The notes under the pieces: model-generated
Told to the model about the DNA's origin: nothing
What the model saw: only the letters and a program-made list of their open reading frames with translations
Database searches by the model: none
Assembly: GCA_023213395.1 (NCBI GenBank)
Contig: CM041465.1
Span: 106,957,741 to 107,021,740, forward strand
Source of the DNA: Cycas panzhihuaensis
Taxonomy: Eukaryota > Plantae > Cycadophyta
Reading direction: 5' to 3'
Length of the DNA: 64,000 nt
Shown: positions 23,633 through 41,700 of the stretch, piece by piece
Layout: every line of letters starts with the position of its first letter
How positions within the stretch are numbered: the stretch's first letter is position 1
Made by a program: the position numbers and the translations under genes

Positions 23633-26600
23633 ATGGAATTCAGGTCAACAATATTGCTGCTGTTTGCAGTGGTATGGTGTGGAACAATATTGTCTCCTAT
23701 GGCAGCGGCTTCATGTTTAAGCGAGGAGAGGTTGGCTCTGCTTAAAGTGAAGGCTGCGCACCCCACACCCAAATTGTCTTCGTGGAAGGGAGACGACTGC
23801 TGCCAATGGAAAGGCGTCCGGTGTGATAGTCATACGTCACACGTAATCAGACTTGACCTCCACAATTCTTTGCCTTATCCTTATCCTTTGGCGAATAATG
23901 GAGCAGTCAGTCCAGCTGTATTTTCACTGACACAATTGAAATACTTGGATTTGAGTCTCAACTTTTTCGGTGGGACTATGCCTGCAGGTACCCGTATTGA
24001 AGGCTGTTGTATGCACTCTTTTATTAGCATTTGGATTTGAGAGTTTCAATAATTGGTTGGTTGGAAACTCTGCTGTGCTTGCAGGCTTGTTTGGATTGAA
24101 AGGATTGGAGCATCTGGATTTAAGTGGGAATGAGTTTGAGGGGGCTATACCCATCGGAATTGCCTCACTCCACAATTTAACTCACCTCAACTTGGCGAAT
24201 GCGGGCTTCAGCGGTTCGATCCCTCCACAGCTTGGGAGTCTCACCCGCTTGCACTTTTTTGATCTCTCTTCTTTTGAGGTGTGGAGCTCGAGTTTAGCGT
24301 GGATGCGGAATTTGTCGGCATTAAATTATCTGGTACTTGATGGCGTGGACCTGAGCCAGATGAGAAGCGAGAATTGGGGAGACTCCATATCTTATCTCCA
24401 CAACCTGCACAGCCTTCACTTGTCATACTGCCAGCTGTCAGGACCCATTCCCATTGGTTTGCGCAACATGACCTCCCTCTCTTCCCTCCACCTGAGTGGA
24501 AATGACCAGATATCTTGGGCGATACCTGAGTGGATGGGGAATCTTACCTCCTTAGTATCCCTTCTTCTCTCTGGTGGTAACGTGAGTGGTCAATTCCCCC
24601 TCTCTCTCTCACGCCTTCCTCGTTTGAAAGAGCTCTCTCTGTCTTACGACGCCTCTCTGGGTGGAAATGTGAGTGAAATATTGGGCAGTGGATGGCCGCG
24701 CCTCACCCACCTCCAACTGTGGGGAAACATTTCCATTTCCAACATTTCTTCCCTCACATACCTCCGTCTCTCAAACGGCCAGATAGAAGGCTTTATTCCT
24801 CCCTCCATTGCAAATCTTTCTGCTCTTCAAGAGCTGCATCTCGACGGTAACTCGATGAGCGGAGAGATTCCAACGTCACTTGGTCTGCTCTCATCCCTTA
24901 CTCACCTCTACCTCTCAGAGAACAGACTGAGTGGCAGCATTCCCACTTCCCTCGCCCTTCTCTCTCACCTTCAATACCTTGAGCTCTATAATAACCAGCT
25001 GGAAGGAAACCTGTCTCTCTCCCTCTTCCAAAACCTTACCAGTCTTGAGGACCTAGACGTGTCTTCCAACAGCCTGGACGGTAACATCTCCCTCTCCGCC
25101 TTTGATCGACCATTCTTCCCGAGTCTCTCCTCTCTACGCCTGTCTGACAATCGCTTCACCGTCTACATAAATCTGGCATGGGTGCCACTCGCTCAGTTTG
25201 GAAGTTTGGGGTTGGGATCTTGTAATGTTGAGGGTGGCATTCCAGTGTTCCTCTCAGCTCAATATAATATTCACACTCTCGTCCTCCCCAACAACCACCT
25301 CTCGGGAAACATACCGACCTGGCTGGCAGAACTTCCTTCTCTCCAATCACTTAACCTCTCACATAATACCTTGGAAGGCCCTCTTCCTCCGAACTTCGAC
25401 TTGAATAACTACGACAGATTGGACTTGCATGATAATCAGCTAAACGGCTCTCTTCCCATTCTTAATTCTCCGCCACACAATGAATTGGAATTTCTTGATC
25501 TGTCCCAAAACCATTTCAGTGGTCATATTCCCCCCGAAATTGGCAAAATCCTTCCTTACATAGACTTTCTGTCGCTTTCATCGAACAGTTTGGCGGGTGG
25601 CATTCCCGTTTCAATCGGCGATCTGCAAAGTTTGAATGTTTTGGATCTTTCAAGCAACAGTTTGTCAGGGGAAATACCGAGGAGCATATTCAATTGCTCA
25701 TCTTTGACAATATTAAACTTGGCAAACAATAGCTTGGAAGGGCGAATCCCCTCAAATGTTGGAAAGTTAAGTAATCTCCATACGCTGCATCTCGACAACA
25801 ACGGACTTAAAGGAACTTTGCCTTCGTCCCTTAGAAACTGCAAGAAGTTGCAGATTTTAGATGTTGGGCATAACCAGCTGTCTAAAACCATACCTACTTG
25901 GTTGGCACTACTTTCTGAGCTGCGGGTTCTTGTGCTAAGCTGGAATCAGTTTGAAGGTAATATTCCGCCCAAAATATGTTCTCTTGAGCACCTACAAATC
26001 ATAGACACCTCTCATAACCGTCTATCGGGCACTATCCCTTCAACTCTTGGAAAATTGCATGCCATGACAGACGGACAAAATCACAACCATACGTGGGAAG
26101 ACACAAACAGTTTCTACTACTACAAAGAAAAGATCCTTGTGATTGACAAGCAACAAATGCTGTCATATGAAAATTCTATTTTGTTGCTAATGACGTGCAT
26201 TGATCTCTCAGAAAATCAACTAACGGGTCAAATCCCTTCTCAAATTGGAAGCTTGAGAGGTCTGCATGCTCTCAACTTGTCTAGAAATCATCTCGCTGGA
26301 CAAATTCCAATATCTATTGGTCAGATGGAGCAGTTGGAATCACTGGATCTTTCTCATAACAAATTATGTGGAACAATTCCATCCCAAATGTTACAACTGA
26401 ACTTTTTGTCTTGCTTCCTCGTCTCAAGCAACGAACTTTCTGGAAGAATACCAAGTGGAGGTCAGTTTTCAACATTCAATGCTTCTTCCTATACTGGGAA
26501 CAATAATCTATGTGGGTTTCCGGTCAGAAAAAAATGTGGAATTCAAGCATCATCAGGTATGGCTCCAAATTCTCCAGAAGCCGACGAGGATGACGAAGAA

Positions 26601-26798
26601 AACACTGAGAATACATGGTATTGGTATATAAGTCTTGTGGCCGGCTTTGCCGCAGGGTTTTGGGGAGTGTACGTAGTGCTGCTTGCAAACATGGGATGGA
26701 GGAGGAGATATTTTAAGGTTATGGATGGATTGGTCATTGATTTGGTCAACTGGGTGGGTGTTCGAAACTTGACAAACCATGGGAGGGGACTCAGATAA
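23633..26798 (+). CDS. LRR receptor-like protein (Cf-9/EIX-type), 1022 aa; exons 23633-23987 and 24085-26798
   Basis: Signal peptide, LRRNT (CLSEERLALL..SSWKGDDCCQWKGVRC), many LxxLxLxxNxLxGxIP repeats, island + 4 LRRs, GNNNLCG cap, acidic EADEDDEE, TM with GFAAG, short tail, no kinase. A 97-bp GT-AG phase-1 intron joins the two ORFs in frame. Confidence 0.95.
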
Positions 26799-27994
26799 TT
26801 TGAAAGAATAGGGCTAATATATGAAAGGGTTATTGGATAGAATTTTCAAATCTATAAGGTATTTTGCATACTTGTTAAAAAGGTGATTGGAAAGAATTTT
26901 CAAATCGATAAGGTGTTTTGCATACTTGTCCTTTGATCAGCATATCTGCAATTTGTTGAATATTATTAAGTGTATTATTGTCTCTCTCTCTCTTAAGCAA
27001 CTACATTGTTTTTTTATTTTTTTCTCAAAAGGAGATGACCCATATAATTTATGCTAAGTTGCCATCATATTATTAAATGGTTCAAGGTTTTTCTCCACTT
27101 TAAGCTTCTAGTAAGGCCATGGAGATTATCTATATGTTTGTTGTTGTTAAGTAAATCATTTTCTAATGCACTATTTTTTTCAAATCATATTCATACCATC
27201 ACACGTGTAGAAACTTATGCTAATTATTAAAATATATGTATCTAATAGTTTGTATTCATTGTAATAAACAATATACACATTTATAGTATGAATGTGTGTG
27301 TTGTATGTGCAAGTATCATCTAGTAAATATATGTATATTATGTTTTAATTATCTTAATACATTATCTAGTATGTGTGTTTGTGTTGGAGGTTGGGACAGG
27401 GTTTGGGGATGTAAAAGAGAGGTTAAACTAATGATAGCTCACTTGCTTTTCGAGATATGCCATGTCTAATTGGCAATTTCTTTAGTTGAGGTGGCATGAT
27501 CTATTAACGCTATTAACATCAATAGGTAGAAAAGTTGTCACTAGTGCCTAATCATACCCCTAAAATAATAAGAACCCCATAATAGTTTAATTAGTAATTC
27601 TTAAACAAAAATAAAAAGAAAATAATTTAATTAATTATTAACATTCTAGAAAGAAAAGGAAAGAACATAATTGTTTTCTTCTCTATAAAGAGAAAGAAAG
27701 ACTACTTATATTAAATCAAAGAAAAGTTTACATCCCTTTCAAGCACACCTTTTAACTTATGTTGTAGAAGTGTTTATAACTGTGTGGATCTCTCCTCACT
27801 TAAATAACAGTAACTCTGTTAGGATGTTTGGTCATAATGACTTGCTTATTATGGCAACCTATATACGCACTAATGGATTCTAAGCAAACCATGCCTATTA
27901 TGGCTTCATACTTTCCCAAATCTAGCAATTGAAAATCTCTATATATTTGGTATTTATTTATCTCAAATATTAAATTTTCTAAAATAACATTAGT

Positions 27995-29200
27995 TTACCT
28001 AAGTGTTTCATCATCAACTGATTCAACCCAAGTAGGTTCTTTTTTCATAGGTACTAAGTTTAATTTTCTTACTAATTTTGAAGAAATAAAGTCATAACTA
28101 CTCCTTAACTCTTCAAAAGCAACATGTTACAGACCTCCTTAAAGGGATTAAGTAATTGTTAAATTAAGTGAAAGGGCATCTCCAAGAGTTGTAACTTATA
28201 ATTGAAAAGGCCTATCATGCACTTATAAATGAGGCCTCCAGTGTATCGAAGATCATCGCTTATTTTTATCAATAAATACCAATTGGTCTTTTGACTGCAA
28301 ATTTACTTTCAAGCGTACTTGTGTTCTTTGGAATCTTTTAAATTGTGCTCGATTCGATTCTTTAAAGATCCGTAACACAACAAAATATTATTCATTTATT
28401 TTGTTGTTTACTTACACCAAAGATAATTACATATATATTTTACCCAATTTAACTATAACATGTATGTGCATTCATGGTTGTGGCTTCTTTGCATTTCCAA
28501 TAATTTATAGTTTTAAATTTGTTTCATTAATTTTGGACCTAATTTTAGTTACTTAACTACCTAGGAGATTTCTTGTATCAACCTCAGTAAGATTATTCCT
28601 CTTGAGAGCTATTATGGCTTCTAGTAGCAGTCTCAGTGCTTTGATAATCTTAGTTGCTATCTCAATCTTTATGATCATCCCTTCTACTTACTTTATATCT
28701 TTTTCTTGTGTGTTTAAGTGTACCGCCCATGCAAGTGCCTTCCCTTTCATGTAACCATTCCCTCCCTTTTTGTCCCCTCCTTTGCTCTCCATATCTCTCT
28801 GCAAATATTGTAGCTTTGTCCACTAAATTAGGCTTATGAACCCATACATAAGTGCAACATTCTCAATTCAATCCATTAATCAATCTTATAAGTCGATCCT
28901 TTCCTTAGATAATAGGTATAAATCTATTAAGGATTTCAAAAAATTTTTTATGCTCACTTATGTTAAGGCTTCTATACTTTAAATTGCAAAAAACATTGAC
29001 TATCTTATAAGAAGTTTTCAGAGGTAAATTTATTACAAAATTTCTTTTTAAACTTATTCTAAGGGATAAACTTTGTTTTTGTTTTGTAACTATGGAGTTT
29101 GTCATATCACTAAGTGAATGCAAGTCTCATTAATTGATATATGGTTATTGAGGTCTTAGTATAGCTACCTAGTCTTTTTAACTCAAAGTATCTTTCTAGG
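27995..29200 (-). pseudogene. Very degenerate Ty3/gypsy gag/protease remnant hosting the solo LTR (repeated in unit 2)
   Basis: FCNLKYRSLNISEHKKFF (gag-like) and SSYDFISSKLVRKLNL (protease-like) on the minus strand. Confidence 0.45.
28125..28377 (+). mobile_element. Solo LTR with 5-bp TSD CAACA
   Basis: TGTTAC...GTAACA flanked by CAACA at 28120-28124 and 28378-28382; no PBS or PPT adjacent. Confidence 0.95.
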
Positions 29201-30490
29201 TTATGTATGCAATTTTTGACCTCTTTTCCCATGCCTCTTTCTCCTTCATGGTCTGGAAGTTTCAATTTTCTTCTATAATTGTTTATTTCCTTTTATTCTC
29301 TTCTTTTCTTTTTATGATCATATTATGAACCGACTAGATTTAGTAATATACATCGACTAATAAATAACACCAATTAATAGAAATATGCTAATTATAAAGA
29401 AGTAATTTAAAAAATGAGTTAAATAAAATGAATACTAGTCCTCTTCAAGGTAAGGGCTCCTCCTAGAATCAGTACTACCTACACCAGCCTCCAAATAGCT
29501 AATGCTCCAAAATAAGACTCCATAATGATCTTCCTTTGATCTTCTACATCTTAAATATGACGCAAAAGGTTTCCATTACCCAATAAACATGTTGGTTCAC
29601 CTAAAAAGGGGTGGGTATTAGTTCATAACAAGTGATGTCATCTTTCTAGACTCCATAAAGATTACATATTAGACTCATCGAGACTATTAGAACTATAAGT
29701 GTCCTTTGAGCTAGAGGTAGTCCCTGAGCCTTCAAAGCTTCTATTTGACTCACCTTTCTTTGTATGCTTTCTATATCCCTTGTTTCTTCATTTACTTATG
29801 TTCTTTTTACCTTGTGGTTTATGTTCCCTCCTTGACATTCTCCCTTTATTTTTGCACCTTGCCCCATTTTCACCCTTCCTTATTAGTATTGTGCTTTCAC
29901 TTTTATTACTATTTGATGTGGATCCTCCTATACTTGATTTCACAAATCCATGCTTGTCTTGATATTGCTCTTCATTTAACATATCATTATCCGTCAAGTA
30001 TTCCCTTCCCTTGTTTTCTAACTTAAGCTTCAATTCTATCACTTATCATTTTTTCTAAGCTTTTGTCTAAGACCTAGTTCTTTTCTATTATTGATGCAAG
30101 GTTAGGTCTATTATCCATATCTATTAATTAGTATGTCTTGAAGTAGTTATAGCAGTTGTATTCTTGTAGTCATAATCAACCTAGTATTTCAATCACTACA
30201 ACAATTTGTAGTTGACCATGCCACGTACTTTTCTTACTTAAATGTGCCGAAGATTTGAATCCTATTATTTAGAATGGTTGTTATTACTAGTGATAGATGT
30301 TAAACATAAGAGAATAAGAAAGGAGAAAAGTTCATCTCACTATTTACCCTTAAAGTTAGCTTACCTAAGTGTATCATCGTCAACTGATTCAACCCAAGTA
30401 GGTTCTTTTTTCATAGGTACTAAGTTTAATTTTCTTACTAATTTTGAAGAAATAAAGTCATAAGTACTCCTTAACTCTTCAAAAGCAACA

Positions 30491-34262
<3,772 letters not shown>

Positions 34263-36471
34263 CAACAAAATATTGTTCATTTATTTTGTTGTTTACTTAC
34301 ACCAAAGATAATTACATATATATTTTACCCAATTCAACTATAACATGTATGTGCATTTATGGTTGTGGCTTCTTTGCATTCCCAATAATTTATAGTTTTA
34401 AATTTGTTTCATTAATTTTGGACCTAATTTTAGTTACTTAACTACCTAAGAGATTTCTTGTATCAACCTCGAAGATTATTCCTCTTGAGAGCTATTATGG
34501 CTTGTAATGCAGTCTCAGTGCTTTGGTAATCTTAGTTGCTAGCCTAGTCTTTATGGTCCTCCCTTCTACTTACTTTATATCTTTTTCTTTTGTGTTTAAG
34601 TGTCGCCCATGCAAGTGCCTTCCCTTTCATGTAACCATTCCCTCCCTTTTTGTCCCCTCCTTTGCTCTCCATATCTCTCTGCAAATATTGTAGCTTTGTC
34701 CATTAAATTAGGCTTATGAACCCATACATAAGTGCAACATTCTCAATTCAATCCATTAATAAATCTTATAAGTCGATCCTTTCCTTAGATAATATGTATA
34801 AATCTATTATGGATTTCAAATTTTTTTTTATGCTCACTTATGTTAAGGCTTATATGCTTTAAATTGCAAAAAACATTGACTATCTTATAAGAAGTTTTCA
34901 GAGGTAAATTTATTACAAAATTTCTTTTTTAACTTATTCTAAGGGATAAACTTTGTTTTCGTTTTGTAACTACGGAGTTTGTCATATCACTAAGTGAATG
35001 CAAGTCTTATTAATTGATAGATGGTTATTGAGGTCTTGGTATATCTACCTAGTCTTTTTAACTCAAAGTATCTTTCTAGGTTATGTATCCAATTTTTGAC
35101 CTCTTCTCCCATGCCTCTTTCTCCTTCATGGTCTGGAAGTTTTAATTTTCTTCTATAATTGTTTATTTCCTTTTATTCTCTTCTTTTCTTTTTATGATCA
35201 TATTACGAACTGACTAGATTTAGTAATATACATCGACTAATGAATAACACCAATTAATAGAAATATGCTAATTATAAATAAGTAATTTAAAAAATGAGTT
35301 AAATAAAATGAATACTAGTCCTCTTCAAGGTAAGGGCTCCTCCTAGAATCAGTACTACCTACACCGACCTCCAAATAGCTAATGCTCCAAAATAAGACTC
35401 CATAATGATCTTCCTTTGATCTTCTGCATCTTAAATATGACGCAAAAGGTTTCCATTACCCAATAAACATGTTGGTTCACCTAAAAAGGGGTGGGTATTA
35501 GTTCATAACAAGTGATGTCGTCTTTCTAGACTCCATAAAGATTACATATTAGACTCATCGAGACTATTAGAACTATAAGTGTCCTTTGAGCTAGAGATAG
35601 TCCCCGAGCTTTCAAAGCTTCTATTTGACTCACCTTTCTTTGTATGCTTTCTATATCCCTTGTTTCTTCATTTACTTATGTTTTTTTTACCTTATGGTTT
35701 ATGTTCCTCCTTGACATTCTCCCTTTACTCTTACACCTTGCCCCATTTTCACCCTTCCTTATTAGTGTTGTGCTTTCACTTTTATTACTATTTGATGTGG
35801 ATCCTCCTATACTTGATTTCACAAATCCATGCTTGTCTTGATATTGCTCTTCATTTAACATATCATTATCCGTCAAGTATTCCCTTCCCTTGTTTTCTAA
35901 CTTAAGCTTCAATTCTATCACTTATCATTTTTTCTAAGCTTTTGTCTAAGACCCGGTTCTTTTCTATTATTGATGCAAGGTTAGGTCTATTATCCATATC
36001 TATTAATTAGTATGTCTTGAAGTAGTTATAGCAGTTGTATTCTTGTAGTCATAATCAACCTAGTATTTCAATCACTACAACAATTTGTAGTTGACCATGC
36101 CACGTACTTTTCTTACTTAAATGTGCCAGTAATTTGAATCCTATTATTTAGAATGGTTGTTATTACTAGTGATAGATGTTAAACATAAGAGAATAAGAAA
36201 GGAGAAAAGTTCATCTCACTATTTACCCTTAAAGTTAGTCTCAGATATGGGTCTATTCCTCTTGGAGAACATTTGTAAGCTCGATTATGGTGGTGCTACA
36301 AACACCAATTCATTCTTCAAGCAATCCCCAAGGAATAACTCATAGGATATTCTTCTTGGCTTATAAATAGGTATTGGATATAATATCTAATTATATCAAA
36401 TGATATACCAAATCCCTCTCACTCTCTTACACATAATTTATGAATATTTTATTATGAACACCTATAAAGGT

Positions 36472-36805
36472 TGTTGAAATGTGTACCAAGCATACAATAA
36501 TTAACTTTAGATTCTTAATTTGAAATGAGTTGTTTTATAAATATGTACACCATATTTTAATAATTAAGGAATAACTATTCTTCCACATATTGTGTCTATC
36601 CTTTGTATGTATATTTCATTATACTTGTGCATTTAATTATGATATTTTGTACTCATTGCATGTCCCATGCTCAATTATGGTTAAGTCTATCGTCCATGCA
36701 TTACTTCCACTTAATCGTCCATAATATTTTAGTATCAAAATTAAATTTAATACCTAACATTATGGTATTAGAGCAATGCCACACTCAATATTTGGTATCA
36801 AAGCC
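36472..36805 (+). repeat. Possible old LTR followed by Met-type PBS-like motifs
   Basis: TGTTG at 36472 ... CTAACA at 36759; tggtattagagc at 36763 and tggtatcaaagcc at 36793. Confidence 0.4.
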
Positions 36806-38129
36806 AAAGTTTTGATCCTTTGGAATTTAGAGCCTAATTTCTTTAAATTTTGTGAGCTTTTTTTTTGAGACTTTGATATCTTCATATAACCTTATTTTTT
36901 TCCCTCAAAAGTGACCATTGGAAGATCTTGCAAAATGCATTTAATAGTTGTATTTTTTAAAAAGAAAAAGAAAGGTTTTATTAGGCAAATTATTTTGAAA
37001 TATTACAGATAGTTTTAGAAAGCAAAATACATATCAAGATTTGCATTTTTTATTTTTCAAAAAAAAGAAGAAGAAAAATATCATGGTGTTTAAATAATAT
37101 TTGATGCCTTAAAATTGCCTTATGGCCTCTTTTTCACAACCATAGGACCCCAAAATAATATTGCATGCAAATCTTAGTGTTGGCCATAAATTCAAGTTTT
37201 CTAAGTTTTTTAAACTAATAGTTGCAGATACCAAATGAAGATTGCAAAAAAAATATTATTATTTTTCTTTTTCTTTTTGGTAGTTGCAATAACTATATGC
37301 CAAAGCTGAAAAATTGCCATGGTAAACCCACAAGGATTTTGATGCATATAAAGAAAAATTGGTTTCGAGTGGTTGTCTTTTGAGCCTATAAGCTTCAAAA
37401 TAGACCCATGAAGAATTTTAATGCAAAAAAGAATAGTTGCTTCACGAAAGTAATTAATGTTTGATGATATGGCCAATAATAATAAATAATAAATAAAGCA
37501 AAAGAAAATGATCTATGGGTTGTAAAAACTATTTCAAAGCTAGGATTCTAAGTTATTACCCTTATTTTTGCATATGTTGAAGCTTTGGGGTTATCTTTGG
37601 TTTTAATCCTTAAGATGTATAACCTCTTTGAAGATTGTTATTATGGTGTTAGTTAAAGTTTGTTTTTCAATATCATTTTGGTTGTGTTTTTTGTGTGTTT
37701 TATAACACAAACCACCCAAGCATATAAAGTCAAGTGAAAGATGAAGATGTGAAGGATTTTTAGGTCATTTACATAAATGCAGAGCTTATTTAAAGGAAAG
37801 AAACAACTTTAAAAAAAGAAGCACAAACTTAACTGATCCTTGGTGGCTGTAACTAAATCCTTATGTGATGCATGGAGATTTTGGTGTGGAAGTAATTGCT
37901 TATCGTTCGAGTGTAGGTTTAGGCAATTCGACTTTGAATATATCCAACCACTTTGGTTGATGAAGGTTTGCACAATCATTAGAAATATTACACTAGGTGC
38001 AATGTTCATCATTAGTATTATGTATAAGCTAGCGATATGGTTGAATTTATCGTTGGGTTTTCTAATCTGGTTTGTTCTTGCCTTCAAAGGGTCTATAAGA
38101 GGTGTTCTGGGTCTAGATAGGGAATGATA

Positions 38130-38400
38130 GTGCTACCAACCCATTACTATTTGTTTTGTGGCATTGTATTAGAGTGATTTCTGTAAATTTGCTAATATTC
38201 AACATTTTGATTGTGCTTGATTGTTGACAAATTCATTTCAGTTTTGTGTGGCAATTGGCAATGATGGTGTTACCAACCCATTACATATTTGTTTTATGGC
38301 ATTGTATTAGAGTGATTTATGTGGATTTGACATTCTTAGATGTTGTGATTGTGCTTGATGGCTGGTAAATTCATTTAAAATTTATGTGGCGATTACATAT
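38130..38400. repeat. Diverged direct repeat of about 138 bp, two copies
   Basis: Both units begin gtg(c/t)taccaacccattac...ggcattgtattagagtgattt. Confidence 0.75.
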
Positions 38401-38680
38401 TATTGTGTTGGTGGAATTATGTTTAGCATGGTCAAAGATCTACACTTTTTAATAAGACAACATTGATGTTGATCAACGTACACAATTCAACCTTTTCTTT
38501 GTTAGTGTTTCATAGTGATTGGTGGGCATTTTTTCTTATCGACATTTCATGGTAAATGGAAGATGTTAGTGCTTAATGGGCACTTACTATAGTGGCATTG
38601 ATGATATTAATCAACATGAATAATTCAACCTCTTTTTTTCATCGACAGTGTCATTTTACATGCAAACCAAAGTGGTCAAT

Positions 38681-38766
38681 GTCTCATGTTCATGCATGTG
38701 ATGTTTGGCTAATTTGCATGGCAGTCTCATGTTCATGCATGTGATGTTTGGCTAATTTGCATGGCA
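38681..38766. repeat. Perfect 43-bp tandem duplication
   Basis: gtctcatgttcatgcatgtgatgtttggctaatttgcatggca x2. Confidence 0.95.
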
Positions 38767-41700
38767 TGGTGATTGGCAGATGTTGATGCTTTGATGGACA
38801 AGTAGGTTTTGCCTGCGTGGTTAATTCCAATAGGCGTGTAATGGTTTTTATGGTATTCGACATTCAATCAATCGGATCAAAATATAATAGAACATATGGT
38901 CTATGGAATGTTTGTTCAAATTGGAGGCAACATCATTTCCTGTGATTGATTGTGGTTTGTGGTTTTTTGAATAGAGGTGGTGCTATAAGGAGTTGACAAT
39001 GTATTGACCAATGTTCATGGTGTTTATAGCAACGATAGCTTGGTATGCCATTGTTTTAGCTAGCTAGTAAGGGTGCACTCCAATTCAAATTATGAAATGG
39101 AAGTGATGTGCATGGTTATTTTGAAATTAATATGCCATTAATGCACAATTTAAACAAAATTTGAATGCACATGTAGCATTGGCAACAAAGATGACTTAGT
39201 AATATTAGTGTATGTTTAGAGCTTGTAATCTTAATCGGGCCTTCACAGATTATGTTAGTGTCAAGATTTTTGGGAGGTTTGAAACTACTTCTTGTTGTCT
39301 CTAAACAAATGATGCTAAATGCAATTTCTAGGAGATTTTGGCAAATTAAATTCCCTTCTCTTATGGCATCTCATATTGACAAGTCAACCCCACTTTATAG
39401 AGATTTTACTTGTAAAAACAAAATGGTGCAAGAAGAAATCTACGCTTGGATTACAAATCCTTAAATTTCATAAAATTATAATGCCATTAAGTTATTGATA
39501 CTCACTATGATCAATTTATTCATGAATTAACTCATAGGGATTTAAATGTCTATTTAAAAAGAATTATCATGAGAGAATCTTCAAAGATATTTCCCCCCTT
39601 TTAAAATAACATCTCTTACCAAAGTAAGGATAAGAGTGTTGAGTTACAAGAATGGTATATAAATTCAATAGTAATGAAAGTTTCATGGATACATGTAGTC
39701 CAATGAGAGGGGGATTACTAGTTCATTCAGTCCTAAAGATAATTCAGTTTTAACTATGTTTTTCAAGGGTTAAGCATTACAAGCACCACAATTTATCTCC
39801 ATTGTTCATTATAATGCAAGAATTGATAGCAAGATTTTTCTCCTATCAATACCCTACCATTTCATCATAGTATTCAGCAATAGTAAGGTTGAGTGGGCTT
39901 TTCGTTCAATTTCTTCGAGCAATGGTTGAGACAGAGGCCCCATGCTAAATGAAGGAAAATGAGAGGTGAATCCTACAACTTGTTGACATTTGCATCTCAA
40001 GGCAAACCCCTTCCTTGTCCTCACCACCTCTGGTCTTGTCAATGGCTAGGTTTATTAATAGAAAGATGGCTCCTCCACCTCTTCCTCTACTTCACTACCC
40101 CCACCCATCAATGGTTACATCAATGAATACTCAGCCACCTAGTTGAGGATCTATTCCCAAGAAAGCTATAATCCAAGATAAGCCAACTCGAATTGGGTTT
40201 CTAATCATTTTTCTGTAGGGGCCCCAACCTCGCCTGCCCTACTTCCATCTGTATCCCAAATTACATTTGTTTTATGCATATTCCCTATGTCAATTCCTTT
40301 TGAATTCCTAGGTTTTTTTTTTTTTTTAATCTATGCTTTGTGAATTGTGATTATGCGCTCGTGTATGTGTGTGTGTGTAACAAGTGGTGACAAGGTAATA
40401 GTGTATTCAAAGGGGGTAATATGGAGGTCACTTCAATCTTCCAAAAGCTCAACAAATAAGCACACAAACGATCTCCCTTGCTAGTGTTTCAAGCGCATTG
40501 ATTGACATGGTGGCTCTAGAACCAGGGTTCATTGTAAAAATTGGGTTTGGAAAGTGCATCTTGGATAAGGGAATAACCTTCTCCATGCTTCTATTGAATG
40601 GAAATATGCATTGTGTATTTGATAGTGTCAAAATAAGAGATTGTCTCATGAAATGCAATGATTAGACGTGATGATCAGAGGGGTTGAAGTTTTTTTCCCA
40701 AATGCAACGAGATAGTTGTTTCGTGCTTAGACTAGCTCTCCTTGTAGACACCCTCGACACCAAACTGGACTCCTCATGAGCATTCACCACATCAATTAGG
40801 TTCCTTATAAACACTTGTATCAATCTAAATTTAGTGTGTTGGCCAATAATATTTGGAGCAAATGTAATGTTCCTTGTTCCCTAAAACCAAAATTAAGTAA
40901 TTCTACATAGCTTCCATTCTTTCAACTTATTTTCAAGAAATAAAGATACACGAATTTATTGAAATTCACACAACTATCAAAAAATAAAATAGTCATTTCT
41001 TTTGAAATAATATTTATATTTTCATCAAATAAAAATAGAGTATATATCTTGTTCTTTCACTAAAAAATCCAACCAAAAGAGATGGAGGTCTTCTAGAGGA
41101 TTGCTTGTCTCCTGCTTTAGACCAAGCTCCTCACGAACACCCTCAATGCCAAACTAAGCTCCTCAAGGGCACTTGTTGCATCATCGGGTTCCTCATTAAC
41201 ATTTCTAGTATCAGCCCAAATCTCGTATGTCATTGTGATCTTTGCTACATCGTTTGGCTCTTGTAGCAAGCTCTAGGTCTAGTCCCCAATCGTGCCTTGT
41301 GCCCCAACCCAACCATTTAGGAATTACATCTTCGATTCCTTATCTTCCTTGGAATTCTCTTCTTCATTCAATTCATTAAATATACATTATCAAAAGTCAA
41401 AAAGTGCAACTTTCCCAATAGATTGCATCTTTTCATTAATAATTACATTAAATTAATTAATATCCTAATTAATATATTCTCTTTATAATTACAAAAGATT
41501 TTCTTCCTTTTTATTTTTGCACTATAGGAATTTGATTCGTGAGACGTGTAACTTTCATGCCAATTATCAAGCATGTTTTTTCCAAGATTACCAAATGTTG
41601 GACCATATCGGTTGACACAAAAGCAACAACAACCTTTTTAGCCCTCAAGTTCTTGTATATCAAGCCAAATGACATTTTGCTAACACAACCAACATTTTGA

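Noticed and set aside
23970-24084. ORF-track N-terminus of the 942-aa ORF, and the 23582 start of the upstream ORF
   Set aside because: The first is mostly intronic and the second begins at a TTG upstream of the acceptor. The true start is ATG 23633 with a signal peptide.
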